Part shown: positions 63,037 through 64,000 of the stretch, in pieces
Position numbering within the stretch: the stretch's first letter is position 1
How the letters are laid out: each line of letters starts with the position of its first letter
NCBI GenBank assembly: GCA_044226015.1
Contig: JBGAHS010000001.1
Location: forward strand, 448,001 to 512,000
Reading direction: 5' to 3'
Length of the DNA: 64,000 bases
DNA from: Candidatus Obscuribacteraceae bacterium
GTDB taxonomy: Bacteria > Cyanobacteriota > Vampirovibrionia > Obscuribacterales > Obscuribacteraceae
Program-made: the position numbers and the translations under genes
The notes under the pieces: generated by a model
Seen by the model: only the letters and a program-made list of their open reading frames with translations
What the model was told of the DNA's origin: nothing
Databases searched by the model: none

Positions 63037-64000
63037 CTAAATCCAGCTCCACCAGTGAAGCTCGCTGCGGACATTGGACAGAGCATCGACCCCTGCGTTG
63101 CCCCAGGGCTGTTCGTCCCTTCCGTTGCGGTCGTTGCCTTTAACGTGCGAACCTTCTATTTTGATGCTAGCGCGTGTGGCCTCCGCGGATAGGACAGATG
63201 CACCGAAGGCACCTACCCAGAAATGGTATGACGAGCCGGTGCTGGAATCTGCGTAGTCTGTCAGAGGTTTGAACACAGCGTATTTATTGTTTGCATCAAA
63301 CAAAGCCTGGTCGTGATTTGCCATTCGATCATGCTGTTGGTATTTGTTTTCCATAATTTCTCGAAGCCCGGGTACATGAGCTCCTAATTTTTGAGCGTCA
63401 TGTTTTCCATTTCTCTCTCCGAATCGACAATCTTCAAGAATCTGCCGTACAGGGTCTCCTGCTGGGAGATTCTCGGGATTCGCCGCGTTGGAACGGGCAA
63501 TAGCTCGCATCACGTTGTGAGCCGTTAGCAAGGCATCCTCGATTACTACCTGTCTATCGTTATTGGTATTCACTTCCAGCGACCATTTCATGATCATGTC
63601 AGGTGAAATTTTTTCTTTGGGATCTGTTATGTCGTGGTATTTCGCGTAACTACAAATCTTTTTGTACAGATCAATTTCCGTTCCGCTTCGTATTGGATGC
63701 TCTCTCAATGCGTTGACCGGATTGCCCTCTTCGCAAAATAGATAATTGGCGATGAAGACATTTCCCTGGTGCTTGTCTGCCCATTTTGCGTCGGTGTAGA
63801 CCTTATTACCCGCTTTCTCGTAGTCTCTGATTGCTTGCGAGACCTTCGTAGCCGTGTCCTCTGGCTTAAGCACAGGGTTTCTTTCAGAATAATTTTCTTT
63901 CTTTTCCGTGGCTTTGTCTTTTGACTCACCTTTCTCTGCGCTCTTCATCAAATGACCAAACATCTTTTTTGCGTCTTCCTTTACGGCTTCGACGCGTTCG
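63037..64000 (-). CDS. Hypothetical protein, C-terminal part (5' beyond window)
   Basis: Frame stays open from ATG 63963 to the window edge (ERVEAVKEDAKKM); no family recognised. Confidence 0.7.
   Translation of the reverse strand, partial: ERVEAVKEDAKKMFGHLMKSAEKGESKDKATEKKENYSERNPVLKPEDTATKVSQAIRDYEKAGNKVYTDAKWADKHQGNVFIANYLFCEEGNPVNALREHPIRSGTEIDLYKKICSYAKYHDITDPKEKISPDMIMKWSLEVNTNNDRQVVIEDALLTAHNVMRAIARSNAANPENLPAGDPVRQILEDCRFGERNGKHDAQKLGAHVPGLREIMENKYQQHDRMANHDQALFDANNKYAVFKPLTDYADSSTGSSYHFWVGAFGASVLSAEATRASIKIEGSHVKGNDRNGRDEQPWGNAGVDALSNVRSELHWWSWI

Overview
Chromosomal window of roughly 45-50% GC (by eye). The gene style suggests, by inference only, a non-photosynthetic Cyanobacteriota (Vampirovibrionia/Obscuribacterales-like): five Hanks-type Ser/Thr kinases, many TPR proteins, large signal-less low-complexity proteins, a cyanobacteria/plastid-type membrane protein and PEP carboxylase. 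No rRNA, tRNA, CRISPR array or transposase was seen. The main finding is an ~18 kb lipid/glycolipid biosynthetic locus (14989-32956). It runs: a ceramide-glucosyltransferase-like GT2/GT21 gene, a 2.9k-aa iterative type I PKS/FAS (ER-ER-KS-AT-ACP-KR-DH), a translationally coupled partner (dead KS-AT-DH-PPTase) and a GT4. A GH3-family acyl-amido synthetase gene is transcribed divergently, and there is no thioesterase, terminal reductase or type III PKS. A second accessory block (51801-62267) holds two tandem paralogous beta-repeat proteins, one ending in a calpain/papain-like Cys-protease motif, followed by two membrane-anchored kinases and a VirB10/TrbI-like protein. Smaller signals: a recurring intergenic pseudo-palindrome (TGNGG-AANT-CCNCA), a candidate sRNA, an unlisted 57-aa ORF, REP-like repeats, a 21-bp coding tandem repeat and a PEPC with an atypical QSTG C-terminus.
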